Below are positions 1-13,099 of a stretch of 64,000 bases of DNA, in pieces. The notes beneath the pieces are model-generated. The model saw only the letters and a program-made list of their open reading frames with translations. It was not told the origin of the DNA and did not search any database. Within the stretch, counting starts at the first letter, position 1. The number at the start of each line of letters is the position of its first letter. The stretch is taken from positions 13,082,001 to 13,146,000 of the forward strand of contig NC_087436.1 in assembly GCF_036321535.1 (NCBI RefSeq), written 5' to 3'. This stretch comes from Camelus dromedarius (Eukaryota). The translations under genes and the position numbers were made by a program.

Positions 1-2160
1 AAAACTCTCACCAAAGTGGGTATAGAGGGAACATATCTCAACATAATAAAAGCTATATATGACAAGCCTACAGCCAGCATAGTACTCAACAGTGAAAGAC
101 TCAAAGGCTTCCCACTAAAATCTGGGACAAGACAAGGATGCCCACTATCACCACTCCTATTCAACATAGTCTTGGAAGTCCTAGCCACAGAAATCAGACA
201 AGAGAGAGAAATAAAAGGGATCCAAACTGGAAAAGAAGAGGTAACGGTGTCATTATATGCAGATGACATGATACTATATATAGAAAACCCTCAAAGGTCC
301 ACACAAAAACTACTAGAGCTGATCGAAGATTCAGCAAGGTAGCAGGTTACAAGATTAACGTTCAAAAATCAGTTACATTTCTTTACACTAACGATGAATC
401 AACAGAAAAAAGAAAGTAAGAAATAATCCCCTTTAAAATAACACCCAAAGTAATAAAATACCTAGGAATAAATCTAACCAAGGAGGTGAAATACTTATAC
501 ATGGAAAACTATAAACCATTGATGAAGGAAATTAAAGAAGACTTTTAAAAAATGGAAAGATATCCCATGCTCCTGGATTGGAAGAATCAATATTGTTAAA
601 ATGGTCACACTACCCAAAGCAATCTACAGATTTAATGCAATCCCTATCAAATTACCCAGGACATATTTCACAGAACTAGAACAAATCATAATAAAATTTA
701 TATGGAACCATCAAGGACCTAGAAGTGACAAAGCATTACTGAAGAAAAAGAATGAGGCTGGAGGAATAACTCTCCCAGACTTCAGGCAATACTACAGAGC
801 TACAGTCATCAAGACAGCAAGGTATTGGTACAAAAACAGACATATGGACCAATAGAACAGAATAGAGAGCCCAGAAATGAACCCACAAACTTTTGGTCAA
901 CTCATCTTCGACAAAGGAGGCAAGAATATACAATGGAATAAAGACAGTCACTTCAGCAAATGGTGTTGGGAAAACTGGACAGCAGCATGTAAAGCAATGA
1001 AGCTAGAACACTCCCTTACACCATACACAAAAATCAACTCAAAATGGATTAAAGACTTAAACATAAGACAAGATACAATAAACCTCCTAGAAGAAAATAT
1101 AGGCAAAACATTATCTGACATACATCTCAAAAATGCTCTCCTAGGGCAGTCTACCCAAGCAACAGAAATAAAAGCAAGAGTAAACAAATGGGACCTAACT
1201 AAACTTACAAGCTTTTGCACAGCAAAGGAAACCATAAGTAAAACAAAACGACAACCTACGGAATGGGAGAAAATTTTTGCCAGTGAAACTGACAAAGGCG
1301 TGATCTCCACACTATATAAGCAGCTCATATGACTTAATAAGAAAAAAACAAATAACCCAATCCAAAAATGGGCAGAAGACCTAAACAAGCAATTCTCCAA
1401 GGAAGACATACAAATGATAAATAGGCACATGAAAAAATGTTCAGTATCACTAATTATCAGAGAAATGCAAATCAAAACTATAATCAGGCATCACCTCACA
1501 CCAGTCAGAATGGCCATCATTCAAAAGTCCACAAATGGCAAATGCTGGAGAGGCTATACTGTTGGTGGGAATGCAGTTTGGTGCAGCCACTGTGGAAAAC
1601 AGTATGGAGATTCCTCAAAAGACTAGGAATAGACTTACCATATGACCCAGGAATCCCACTCCTGGGCTTGTATCCAGAAGGAATCCTACTTCAAAATGAC
1701 ACCTGCACCCCAATGTTCATAGTAGCACTATTTACAATAGCTAAGACATGGAAACAGCCTAAATGTCCATCAACAGATGACTGGATAAAGAAGAGGTGGT
1801 GTATTTATAAAATGGAATACTATTCAGCTGTATAAACTGACAACATAATGCCATTTGCAGCAACATGGATGTTCCTGGAGAATGTCATTCTAAGTGAAGT
1901 AAGCCAGAAAGAGAAAGAAAAATACCATATGAGATCGCTCATATGTGGAATCTAAAAAAAAAAACAAAAAACGAAAAACAAAAAAACACACACACAAATA
2001 GAAAAACAGAAAATAGAAAAAAAAAAAAACAGAAACAGACTCATAGACATAGAATACAAACTTGTGGTTGCCAGAAGGATGGGGGGTGGGAAGGGACCGG
2101 GATTTCTAAATGTAGAATAGATAAACAAGATTGTACTGTGTAGCACAGGGAGATATATAC
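1..2160 (+). mobile_element. Young LINE-1 (copy 1): ORF2 RT/C-terminal region with frameshifts and stops, plus an incomplete 3' UTR
   Basis: ORFs 16-342 ([26 protein letters not shown]), 601-855, 877-1332 and 1437-1835 are consecutive ORF2 fragments. The element continues past the left edge of the window. Confidence 0.97.
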
Positions 2161-2399
2161 ACCATACACAAAAGCCTTTCTTTCAGGTCTAGAGGTTGGG
2201 AGTAGACAGAGAGTTCCCAGGTCTAAAGACCAATGAGGCACTTCAGATCTAGTCTTACTCTGGAGATCGAGGTCTTAAGGAACTTCTACCCTAGAACATA
2301 ATTTTGTGACATCGCTCTCTAGATCAGAGACATAAAGTTACTGGCAGAGGAACATTAACATTAGCATGGCAGTCTTGAGAAGGCCATATCTTATTCACT

Positions 2400-2424
2400 A
2401 AAAAAAAAAAAAAAAAAAAAAAAA
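2400..2424 (+). repeat. Poly-A tract (about 25 A)
   Basis: Read directly from the sequence. Confidence 0.95.
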
Positions 2425-2959
2425 GAGTGAAGAAGCTAATTTTCAGCATATGTCAGAGTACATATAAAATATGAATTGAAGCTAGAGTAATGCTTGAGAG
2501 ACTGCTTCTGATGAAAAGAAGCTGTTTTAGGGTCTTGTAAAAAGAGCTTTGAGACTAGCTTCTGGAAGCTGTCACTCTCTGCTAAAAATTCTATACCAAG
2601 CCACGCTTTCTGTGTACCACCCATTTTGCTCCAAAATGAGAATTGTTTTATGGCCTTTTTTTTCACCCTGATGATAAAATGATATATACTTGCAGCATAT
2701 ATACACAATTGATGAAAAACAACAGTAATAAATAAAAAATCTTATATCTTGCAGAGATAACTGATTTGATCTTTGGAAAAATACTTTTCCATGAACCTCA
2801 GTGAATGAAACAAACCGATTTTACACTGTTGAATAATTTATGTATGCTATTTTATCTTATTTTAGACTAATATACAGTATAAATGATTCATGTCAGTGAA
2901 TATAAGTATTAGCATTTCTAGTATGCAAATGAATAACATCATTTATCTCACCCTCCACG

Positions 2960-5878
2960 TGTTTGTGGTTTTTCCAGTTTTCTTCCTGTAATTGATTTCT
3001 AGTTTCATACCACTGTGATCAGAAAAGATACTTGTTATGATTTCCATCTTCTTAAATTTGTTGGAAAATTTTTTGTGGCCTAGCACATTATCTATACTGG
3101 AGAATGTTCCACGTTCACTTGAAAAGAATGTGTTTTCTGCTGTTTTTAATGGAATATCTTATGTGTATCTATTGAGTCCACGTGACCTGATATGTCATAA
3201 GGCCATTGTTTCCTTATTGATTTTCTGTCTGGATGGGGTATTAAGTTTTCCTACTATTATTGTATTACTGTCCATTTCTTCCTTTGTGTCTGTTAATATT
3301 TGCTTTATAAATTTAGGTGCTCCTATACAAGGTGCATATATGTTTATTAATGTTATATCTTCTTCTTGTATTGACCTCTTTATCATTATAAAATGCCCTT
3401 CTTCATTTTTGTTGCAAACTTTGTTTTAAAGTCTATTTTTTTTCTGATATTCTAATTGTTATCCCAGCTTTCTTTTCGTTTCTATTTGCATGGAATGTCT
3501 TTTTCCATTTTTTCACTTTCAGGTGTGTGTGTCTTAAGACCTGAAGTGAGTCTCTTGTAGGCAGCATATAGATGAGTTTTGCTTTATTATTCATTCAGCC
3601 ACCCCATTTCCTATGATTGGAGCATTTAATCTACTTATATAATTATTGATAAGTATGTTCTTATTGCTATTTTTGTTACTTGTTTTATGGTTGGTTTTGT
3701 AGTTCCTCTCTGTTCTTTTCTTCTTTTAGTCTATTCCCTTGCATTTTAATGATATTTTTAGTATTATTTTTGGGTTCCTTTCTGTTTGTTTTTGTGTATC
3801 TGTTGTAGATTTTTGATTTGTGGTTAACATAGGGTTCATATATATCAATTATATATATACTTATCTTAAACATAGTCATTTAAGTTCAAACGCATTCTAA
3901 AAGCACTACGTTTTTTTCTTCCTTTCCACTATGTTTTATGTTTTGTTGTCATATTTTACATCTTTATTTGTACCTCTTAACTGTTTATTGTGGTTATAGT
4001 TGATTTTACAATTTTTGTCTTTTAACCTTTGTACTACCTTATTTAAGTAGCCTTTACCATTAAGGTTTTTTTCTTCATGTCTTTTTTTATTTGTTGTTAT
4101 AGCATTTTCTTTTTCACTTAAAGAAGACACTTTAACATTTCTCATAAGGCCAGTTTAGTGGTAGTGATGACCTCTGTTAGTTTTCACTTGTCCAGGAAAC
4201 TCTTTACCTCTCCTTCAATTCTGGATGATAACCTTGCTGGGTAGAGTGTCCTTGGTTGTAGGTTCTTTCCTTTCAGCACTTTAAATATGTCATGCCACTC
4301 TCTCTGGCTTGCAATATTGCTTCTGAAAAAGCAGCTAATAGTTATGAGACTTGTATGTGACTCTTTGTTTCCCTCTTTCTGCCTTTAAAATTCTCTCATA
4401 CTAAGTTTTTCTATTTTAATTTTGATGTATCTTGGTGTGGGTCTCCTTGGGTTCATCTTGTTTAGAACTCTGTCCTTTGTGGACCTGGATATCTATTTCC
4501 CTTTTCAGGTTAGTGGTGTTTTCAGCCATAATTTCATCATATATGTCATCTGCCTTTTTCTCTCTCTCTTCTGTGATTCCTATAATGCAAATGTTAGTTT
4601 GCTTGATGATCTAGAGGTCCCTTCAATTATCCTCACTTAAATTTTTCTTTTTCTTTTTGCTGTTCTGATTGGGTGTTTTTCACTATTCGGACTACAGTTC
4701 ACTTATGTGTTCCTCTATTATCACCTGACCTGCTATTAATTCCTTCTAGCGTATTTTTCCTTTTAGTTACTGTATTCTTCAGCTTTAATTTGTTCTTTTT
4801 TATATTTTATCATCATTTGTTGAAGTTCACACTGTGTTCCTCTATTCTTTTCCCAAGTTTGGTGGAATTTTTTTATGGCTATTGCTTTGAACCCTTTATC
4901 AGGTAACTACTTATCTCTGTTTTATTACTTTCCCTCCCCTCCTTTGGAACATGTTCTTCTGTCTTCTTATTTTGTTTGACTTTCTCTGTTTGTCTCTATG
5001 AAATTAAGCAAAACATACCTACTTCAGTCTTGAAGGCATGTCTTATATTGGCACATTCTTATGCAGTCTGCCCAGTGGCTTTGGTGGGAGAGCTGGATCT
5101 AAAGTGGTCGTGGGCCATGTCTTCTCCTGGGGTGCGCTAGCAGTCACTGCCCTGTCAGGGGGTGGGGCCAGGGCCTGAGGGGCTGGCGCTACAATCCTGA
5201 GCAAGCTTAGCTTCTCTTCAGTGCTAAAGGAGCTTCTGCCTTGGCCAGGGGTGGTGCTGGGACCTAAGGGTCTGGAACAGGAACTTGGTGCAAGAACTGG
5301 CTTCTCCCAAAGTGCAGTGGTGGTCACTGCCTTGTAAAGGAGTGAGGCTGGAGCATGAGGAGCTGAGGTAAGAGCCTGTTTCAAGCAGGGGTGAGGTGCA
5401 CTGGAGCAGTCAGGGCAGACTGACCAGAATGCCAGGTGGTTTTCAGTCTGCTGCCTCTGTGCTGGGGCTGGGAACAAACAAGTTTGTGCTCGTGCTCTAC
5501 AAGAGCAGAATCTCAGTTTCCGACAGCCCTCCACTAAGCTCCGTGGGTTTTCAAACCACCTGAAGGGGCTGATATTCCCAGTCTTGGACTCCAGGGCTGG
5601 GGTGCCCAAGGTGGGGCTCAGACCCCTCACTCCTGAGGGTGGATCCCTGAGCCTGTGAAATCCTTCTCCTCTTCTGGCTCTCCCACCAGAGGTGTGGGTC
5701 TTGACTAGATTTCTTCTTCCCTCTTACTAGACTCCTCATGGTTCTTTCTTCGTAAGCTTGGTTGCAGAACAGCCATTCTGCTCATCTTCAGGTCATTCCC
5801 AGAGAAAGTGTCTCTATATGTAGTTTGTAGTTTTGATGTGTTCGTGGGGGAAGGTGAATCCAGGGTCTTCCCACCTCC
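2960..5878 (-). mobile_element. Old LINE-1 5' half: 5' UTR (about 5050-5878), ORF1 remnant, spacer and ORF2 endonuclease remnant
   Basis: Minus-strand ORF 3195-3386 (SIQEEDITLINIYAP..GAPKFIKQILTD..TIIVG.LNTP) is L1 endonuclease-like. The + strand is T-rich, and the right end is a GC-rich 5'-UTR-like block. Confidence 0.88.
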
Positions 5879-6529
5879 TAATAAATTTTTATTTCCCACT
5901 CTCTCTTTCTTTTTACAGCGAGAGAGCAGAATTGGGATCAGTGCCTTTGGCAAGAAATTGCATTTTTGTTCACACTTTATGTCCTTGTAGTGGGCTGTGG
6001 ACTTGGCTGTGTGCCACCCTCACTCCAGAACTCCCCATCAAAGACCATTTTTTAAAGTAAAAGAATTACTGTCATACAAACATAAAATTAACAACTTCCA
6101 ACGATTTTTATTCACCTCATTAACTAATGGACAAACCAAAGTGATGTTAAAATTGGTTCAAGGAGACATCCAACCCACACGCAGAAAATAAGGAACTCTG
6201 AAATGCAGGAGAGGTCTACCCACAAGAAAATGATCATTCGCATTCCACTAGACATGATTAATTTGAATTTCTGTGGACAAGAACCATTTTCATTATTTAT
6301 TAATTTTCAACAATTTGCAGGGCGATAAAACAGCTGAAAGACAATGAAGATAAAATACCTGGGAGACAACGCTGATGACAAAGCCAGACCAGTCACCCAC
6401 TCACATTTTTTATTTTTACTCCACAACACTCACATTTTTTTCCTTCCATTTCAGACTATTTCACATTTTTTTTTCTGACAGCCTCAAGGACCCAGTCTTT
6501 ATTTCAGAACCTCCTCATCGCTCATGTAG

Positions 6530-7148
6530 ATTACTTCTAATAGCCTCCTAATTTTTCTTACGCTAGTCAAGCTTTGACATCGCTGCCCAGTACCCTTCCT
6601 GAAACAGAAAGGTGATTCATGACGTTTTCCTGTCTACAATCCTGCGGGGGTTCCCCAAAGATTTTAAGATAAAATAGAGACTCTTCAGCACTGTACACAG
6701 GGCTGTTCATGATTCGGTGCCCTGCTGCTCTCTACACTCAGATACCCAGGGAATCCTGTGTTCTAGTCACATGAAGACATTTGCTACTGCTGATTTCTCA
6801 TATTCCTGAGACTTCACCCAGGCTCTTCCCTCTACCCTCTTCCTCTTCCCTCCTCCTGAGACTTGTAGCCTGGCTTCCTCCCCTTTAGGAGTCAGTTTTC
6901 ATGTCACTCTTTCCAATAGGCATTTCCTGGCCATCCTAACGCAGGACCGCTCTGCTCTTCCAAAGTGCTTCCCAGCGCCCTGCATGTGTGAGTTTCACAC
7001 CACACTTCAAAGTCCAGGTACTGACCTGCCTCTCTTCCTGGACTGTAAACTCTTGGAAGCGAGAACCATGTCTTCTCCTCGTATTCCCAGCGACCAGCAC
7101 ATACTTGGTACACGATAGGTGTTCTTTAAATGTTTGCTGAAGAAATGA
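6530..7148 (+). mobile_element. L2 3' fragment
   Basis: gactgtaaactcttggaagcgagaaccatgtc...cccagcgaccagcacatacttggtacacgataggtgttctttaaatgtttgctgaagaaatga resembles the L2 3' end. Confidence 0.65.
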
Positions 7149-7886
7149 CTTACTTTATCAACCACAATTGCCACAGAAATGTAGTTTGTCTCGTCATCCA
7201 TATGTTAGGTACAAATTCACTGTGTCTTGTGAGTACATCCCGGTGCAGGTCCCTTCTCCCCGGCCCCAGCACTACCTATGACTGTTTTCTCAGAATGCTC
7301 GTCCACTTCTTCCATGAGCCTCTGGCAGCCTCCAGTAGACTCCCACCCTACTGGGGACAGTGCCCCTTGTCCAAGAACATGCCCCTCATCCAAGAATATG
7401 GCTAGTAGGTCACTGAACCACATTTTCCCAACTAATTTTCAGGCTGAGGTTTTAAAACATCTTTGGAAGTTTTTTATCCCTGTGTTTAGTTTCAACTTTT
7501 CTTCTACTTGGTACCGTGGATAATAGTAAAAGGAAACCTTCTGAAGGAGACAGAGAAGAATAAAACATCACCCTTGCTTATGTTATGGAAGAAACAGACA
7601 GGTGTTCTACTCTCTCTAACAGAAATGCTATGATTCATGCACAAAAGGCCAGGAAATGCAGAAGAGGCACTTAATGTAATAGTATAACCAGCACTCCATC
7701 TGGAGTGAGTAACATTTGGGAATATTACAAATGTGCCGTTGTAAATCTATCTGTTAACTTTTGATTGATACCTCAAAATGGACATCCTGCTTCTTATCCC
7801 TGTCTACTATTGTTTTATTTCAAATAGAACATGCATTTTAATCCTCTCAAGGGGAAAAGTATATAAATTTAAAAAGTTGAAGTTGG

Positions 7887-7904
7887 ACACACACACACAC
7901 ACAC
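7887..7904. repeat. (AC)n microsatellite
   Basis: Read directly from the sequence. Confidence 0.9.
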
Positions 7905-8182
7905 AAACTCGTACTATTGCAAATCAGTCACAGCAAGCATTATGAATTACGCACTGAACTAAGATAGATATTGAATTACATCATGTTGTTTATCCCCCGT
8001 AATAGAAGCTTCATGCGGGCAGGGACTTTTTATCATAGACTGACAAAAGTGTTTACAAAAGTCCTAAGATGTAATAATCAGGAAATGTTTATTGAATGTG
8101 TGTATATATTACATATATATTCATAGCAAAGGGCTGCTACTTTTTCAATTCAAATGGACTTGGAATTTGTTTTCTTTAATAG

Positions 8183-9040
8183 AGGGAAACACCGATGAGT
8201 GTTTTGCTGTCAATGAAACGTCGGGAGAGCTCTCAACCACTCGCGCTTTGGACCGGGAGCAAGTCAGCGACTTCGCTCTAGTCATCCTGTGCTCTGATTT
8301 GGGGGATCCACCCAGGAGTGCCGTCATGCAGCTGCAGGTCAGAGTTCTGGATGACAATGACCACAGCCCTGCCTTCCCCAAGCTCCATTACTGGTCCTCC
8401 GTGAGAGAGGATGCTCAGGTGGGAACTGTGGTCCTTGTGCTCTCTGCTGTGGACAAGGATGAAGGCCTGAATGGGCAAACTGAGTATTCTCTGGTGGATG
8501 CGGCCCCTGGGGCGTTCACCATTGATCCCATGACTGGCATATTGAGAACTGGCCACACCCTCGACCGAGAAGCCCGATCTGAACACACGTTCAGGGCTGT
8601 GGCCAGAGACTGTGGCATCCAGGGCTCGAGAAGCACCACAGCGATTATCCAAGTACATGTCACTGATGTTAATGACAATGATCCAGTTTGGGAACAGAAC
8701 CCCTTTGATATTTTTCTTTCCCGCCAGTCACCTACAAACCGGACAACTGCCATCCTGAGAGCCAGTGACCCAGACTTGGGGCCCAACGGAACTGTCATTT
8801 TTAGCTTTGCAGAGCCTCAGTCCATATTTTCAATTAGTGAATATACAGGAGAAATTCAGCTTCAGAAAAACCCATCTTCAGAATATTTTCCTTTCTGGCT
8901 GCAATTAAAAGTTATGGACCAAGGGGTCCCAGCCAGGACAACCACTGGTCTCTTGGTCGTTCACATGGAGGGAGAAGATATAAAGATTTCCTTCAGCCAA
9001 CGTCTATATAAGGCGATTGTGACTGAAAATTGTGAAGCAG
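8183..9040 (+). CDS. DCHS2: DCHS2 internal coding exon A (858 nt, phase 1-1), cadherin repeats
   Basis: Acceptor tttctttaatag|AGGGAAAC and donor GAAGCAG|gtgagt. Open frame within ORF 8092-9090 with cadherin motifs LDRE, DDNDHSP, AVDKDEG and DVNDNDP. The peptide matches my recollection of mammalian DCHS2. Confidence 0.95.
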
Positions 9041-9439
9041 GTGAGTGCCACGTGTTCCGTATATTGTCCCTGTTTTGGCAAAATGCTTAAAACTAAGGAC
9101 GGTACAGTGGGTGCTGTTGCAGACTCAGTGAATGAAGTTTTGAGTCCAGCCACTTCTTGGTATGCCCATTTTCATTCAAAGTGTATATGATTAGACAGAA
9201 GTGTGTTATTAGAAAAATACACTCAAATCCAGTAACCCACTCACAACCCTCTAAAGACAGCAAAAAGTAGTGAAAATACTGAAAGTTAAATCATTCAGGG
9301 CTCTTGAAGTTTCAGTTAACCTAAGTTTAAAGTCTCAAAAAAAAAAAAAAGCCATTTGATTGAAATGTTTATGAATCCTTAACAATGGTACATTAGCTAA
9401 AATACTTTCCTGGAAGGACGTTGTGTTTAAGTCACAGCA

Positions 9440-9605
9440 ACTGCGTGTCCTTGGGCAGTGTATCTGCCCCTCAGTTCTCTAATCTCTAATTAGGGATAAT
9501 AATTGTACCTAACGCATTAGGGTCTGCTGCGGATGGACTAAGCGAGTTGATACAAAGCACTTAAAGCAGTGTCTGCAACATGGTCAGCGTGTAATATATG
9601 GCACC
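9440..9605 (+). mobile_element. MIR SINE remnant
   Basis: gtgtccttgggcagt...cctcagttctctaatctctaattagggataataattgtacct...aaagcacttaaagcagtgtctg matches the MIR core and 3' part. Confidence 0.7.
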
Positions 9606-10708
9606 TGCAAATTAATTATTATTATGACTTCGTTTTGATACAGTCAGCATTGCTTTCAAACAGTACAGTAATATCTGATCTGCAAAGAATTTGGCAGATA
9701 TTACACTACTCCGAACAGGCTCCTGTGAACGGTAACTCTTTTCCCTCATTATTTTTCAGTTGTTTCCCTACTCAAATTTATGCCATAATGGGAAACATAA
9801 AAAAAAATTAATTTAAATGATCTTTCTACCCCAAAGCAAAAAGCCCATTTGGAGATAATTGTGAGTTGAAAAAAAAAAAATCCAATCTGGGTAATTATAT
9901 CTTACTAGAAAGTTGAGAAATAAATCTTCTGAATCTTTGAGCTGGCCAGAGGGCAAAGCAAATGGACGTGAGAGAAAAGGAGTTTGTGAAAGAAGGGTCT
10001 GAGGTGTGCTGTTTGCTGGCTCTCTGTCATTTTTTTGTTCTTGTTTTGTCATTTGAGATTCAGTCTCACTTTATCTGTGCCTACAACAAACATTATTTAA
10101 AAGGCAGCCTGCATTTTTCTGAAACTCATTTGTTCATTTCACAGTGAAAATATTTTTGTTACACATCGTATGCTGCCTTCGCTATGAAGAGACTATTCCA
10201 CTTAACATTGAATATTAAATTAGAGTTCTTTTCACGTTGCAGATTATTAACCTGACTTTGATTTTTGAATAATGGTTATCTCCCGGGCTACTTACTCAGC
10301 AGGCTTCTTGTCGATTTTAAACATAATTAAGAGTAAATTTCAATTACCTTTATTAAATGAAATAATAGTGACTTCCAAAATAAGTAGAAATTTCCACCTA
10401 TATTTTTGGGTGTAATGAGACTTCCACATAAGAGTTCAGTGTTAAATAATATGAGATACTCCTCAGAGCTCTAGTTCTTTTCCTCTTGAGAGGTATACAT
10501 CCCAACTTCAGGGCAGAGCCTGAGGGAAAGGAAGGTTAACATTTCCTAAATGATGCAACAGAACGTATATTAATCAGTCTTGAACTGATGGCATTTTTGA
10601 GCCCAGCTTTTGGCTGCAGTGAACGTACAAACATTTCTTCCTGAACGCCCTTGACATGCGGCCTTTCAGTCTGTCCTTGAATGTTGCAGTGGCTGAGAGT
10701 TTAGGATC

Positions 10709-10851
10709 CGGCGGTTCTTGAACTTGGGCGTGAAATAATCATTCTAGGATGACCCCTGAAGGTCCTACTTCAGTAGGTCTGGAATCCGGGACCTGTCGTT
10801 TTAACTGGCCCTGCAGGTGATTGGGTCACATGACCAAGGTGGAAAACCCCT
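10709..10851. mobile_element. MER5A-like hAT-Charlie DNA transposon remnant
   Basis: Ends gcggttcttgaactt and aaggtggaaaacccct are degenerate inverted termini. Internal ttcagtaggtctgg and caggtgatt are typical of the family. Confidence 0.55.
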
Positions 10852-10959
10852 TTTTTGGAAAGTCAGTTTGCTACGTTAAACTCGTGTCTTCCTCCTTTGT
10901 GTGTGCCCATAAGTCCTAGTCCTGCTCTGCACTGTGGCTCTTCAGATATTTTATGTGCT

Positions 10960-11482
10960 CTTTCAACAGCGGTTTTATGGAGTATGAAGTGCTGGGTACT
11001 TTTCTACTGGGATGTACTAGTGAGCTAAAACACAAAGATGCTCGTCCTTGTGAAACTTGCATTCTAGCAGGGGTAGAGAGACAGGATCACGGAACATGGT
11101 AAATAGCTGAAGCGCAGTGTATGTCACACGGTGTTAAGAGCTATGGAATAAAGAAAACGCAGAGCAGGGAGTGCGGGGGAAGGGCACAAAGCGCAATTTT
11201 TAGATAGCAGGTTAGGGCAGGCATCACTGAGCAAGTGACATTTGGGCCAAGACTTAAGGAGAGGAGGTAGCCATTCATATAATGGGAGGCAGAGCATTTC
11301 AGAAAAACAGGAAAAAGTTCAGTGGGAGCTTGCCTGATTTGCTCAGAGAGCAGTAAAGAAGACTGTGTGACTGAAGCAGAGTCAGCGAGGGGGAAGATCG
11401 TGAACAATGAGGTCAGAGAACTGGTAGGTGGAGCAGAGCCTTGGAGATCGCTGTGAAGGCTTCGGCTTCCATTCAGAATGGT
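10960..11482 (-). mobile_element. L2 fragment
   Basis: aaacttgcattctagcaggg, tagggcaggcatcactgagcaagtgacatttgggccaagactt and tgaggtcagagaa resemble antisense L2. Confidence 0.65.
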
Positions 11483-13099
11483 TTTCCCTTCCCTGGTCCA
11501 TTCAGGTATTCTTCACCTATTAAGGTTTCCAACAACTACTAGGGAACTTTCTCATCCAATATAAATTCTGCAGAGTAATAGGCATTAAATAAATATATAC
11601 ATATATATATATAAATTAGGAAATCAATAAGTTATTCCTCAAAAGAGCTGGCATAGAAGTCATCATTGTTATCACACATTTTCACACTAGCCAATGAAAT
11701 TTCTAAAACTTAAGGAATGCACCTGGTCACTTCCTAATTAAGATCTCTTTTCTCAGTTCTCCCAGATCAATTTGTTTGCAGGATTAAACCTAAATAGAAG
11801 TCAATATCTAACGTGCCCCAAAGAAAACATTTCAATATGAAATTAAGATACGATTAGTAAGTATAATAATATCTGTGGTTGAATTCAGAAATGATTTAAT
11901 AATAAAAGTAATAAAAACGGCCGTGGTTGGGGGCGGTTTGCACCCGTTTCCATTTTTGCAGTGTGCCATTCATTTCTATGTCGGAGATGCACTCTGTTGG
12001 CAGGAAGCAGCCGTCACAAGACGAAACTACCCTTATGTTAGTCTTTTTCTTATCACTCAACCTTCCATCTACTCCCAACCTTAACAGTTGGGATTAATCA
12101 ATATGGTTAAGAGTAACCCGGGCTGAGATAAAAAAATTAGAGCAGAAGACAGTGAAGACCGTATTACTTTCTTGCTACTTTCAGATTCAGTCAGAAAAGC
12201 TAATGAATACATGGGTGGGAAGGCTTTTTTCTGCTGTCACATCATTGTGTTTTCTGTGACCTCTGATCAGAGTTGTCCTTCTTAGTCCTCTTGTATTTAG
12301 AATTACTGAATTAAATTTGACTGTTGCGTTTTTAATGGAACTTCACACTTTACAATTCTACTTATTAAATCTTACACATAAAGAAGGTTAGAAATACTCT
12401 GGCAGTAATACAAGCACATGGTACCCATAAATGTCTGGGTAGGTGTCCGTTTTAAGATATCTGAAGCAATGAACTGGGTCCTTGCTTTGAGGAGTAGCTA
12501 CGACATGTGTGAAGGTCATGACGCCTCAGCAGAGAGGTAGACTAAAGGCTGCAACTTATAACAAGAGGAACAAGAGAAGGACAGGATGGCACTTAAGAAG
12601 TCTGTCAAATCTGATTAGATGCAACTAACCTACACCAGGGTCGGCAGGATTTCCTAGGCTCCAGTAAAAACCAGTGACGAGGTACATCAAATACTGACTG
12701 ACATTTCAAGCTGGCCAGAGCTTTCCTGGGAGCATGAATTCAGTACATACTGCCAGGTCATATCACGGACACCAGAAAGTGACTTTTTTTTTTTTTTTTG
12801 TATTTGAGTTCCAGTGGTTTTAAAAGATTGTAAATCCACTGATCAGTGTCAGAATGGCCTTGATATAAATTATTTAATAGCATTTTATGACTTCCTGTAT
12901 GATTTCCCTTCAAAATATGCCTGTAATTTTAATATTTATTTTCAAATGAAAAATATATATGCCTTTTGGAAGCTTATGTTTTATGTGATTTACTCAGCAT
13001 CCCATCAACAGGCACCACTTGACATCCTGAGTGAATTATTTTTTGTATTATCATAAATTGTAATCACCCTAAACCACTTTTAACATTTAGGTGGGGGTT

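Noticed and set aside
5043..5630. 195-aa minus-strand ORF
   Set aside because: It lies in the GC-rich 5' UTR of an old L1, has no recognisable domain, and long ORFs are expected in GC-rich sequence.
8145..8798. Minus-strand ORFs overlapping exon A, and likewise 54380-54629, 57549-57746 and 60978-62203
   Set aside because: They are antisense shadows of real coding exons with no independent support.
8092..9090. 332-aa ORF as a stand-alone cadherin gene
   Set aside because: The first 30 and last 16 residues are intronic read-through. Splice sites and phase continuity show it is an internal DCHS2 exon.
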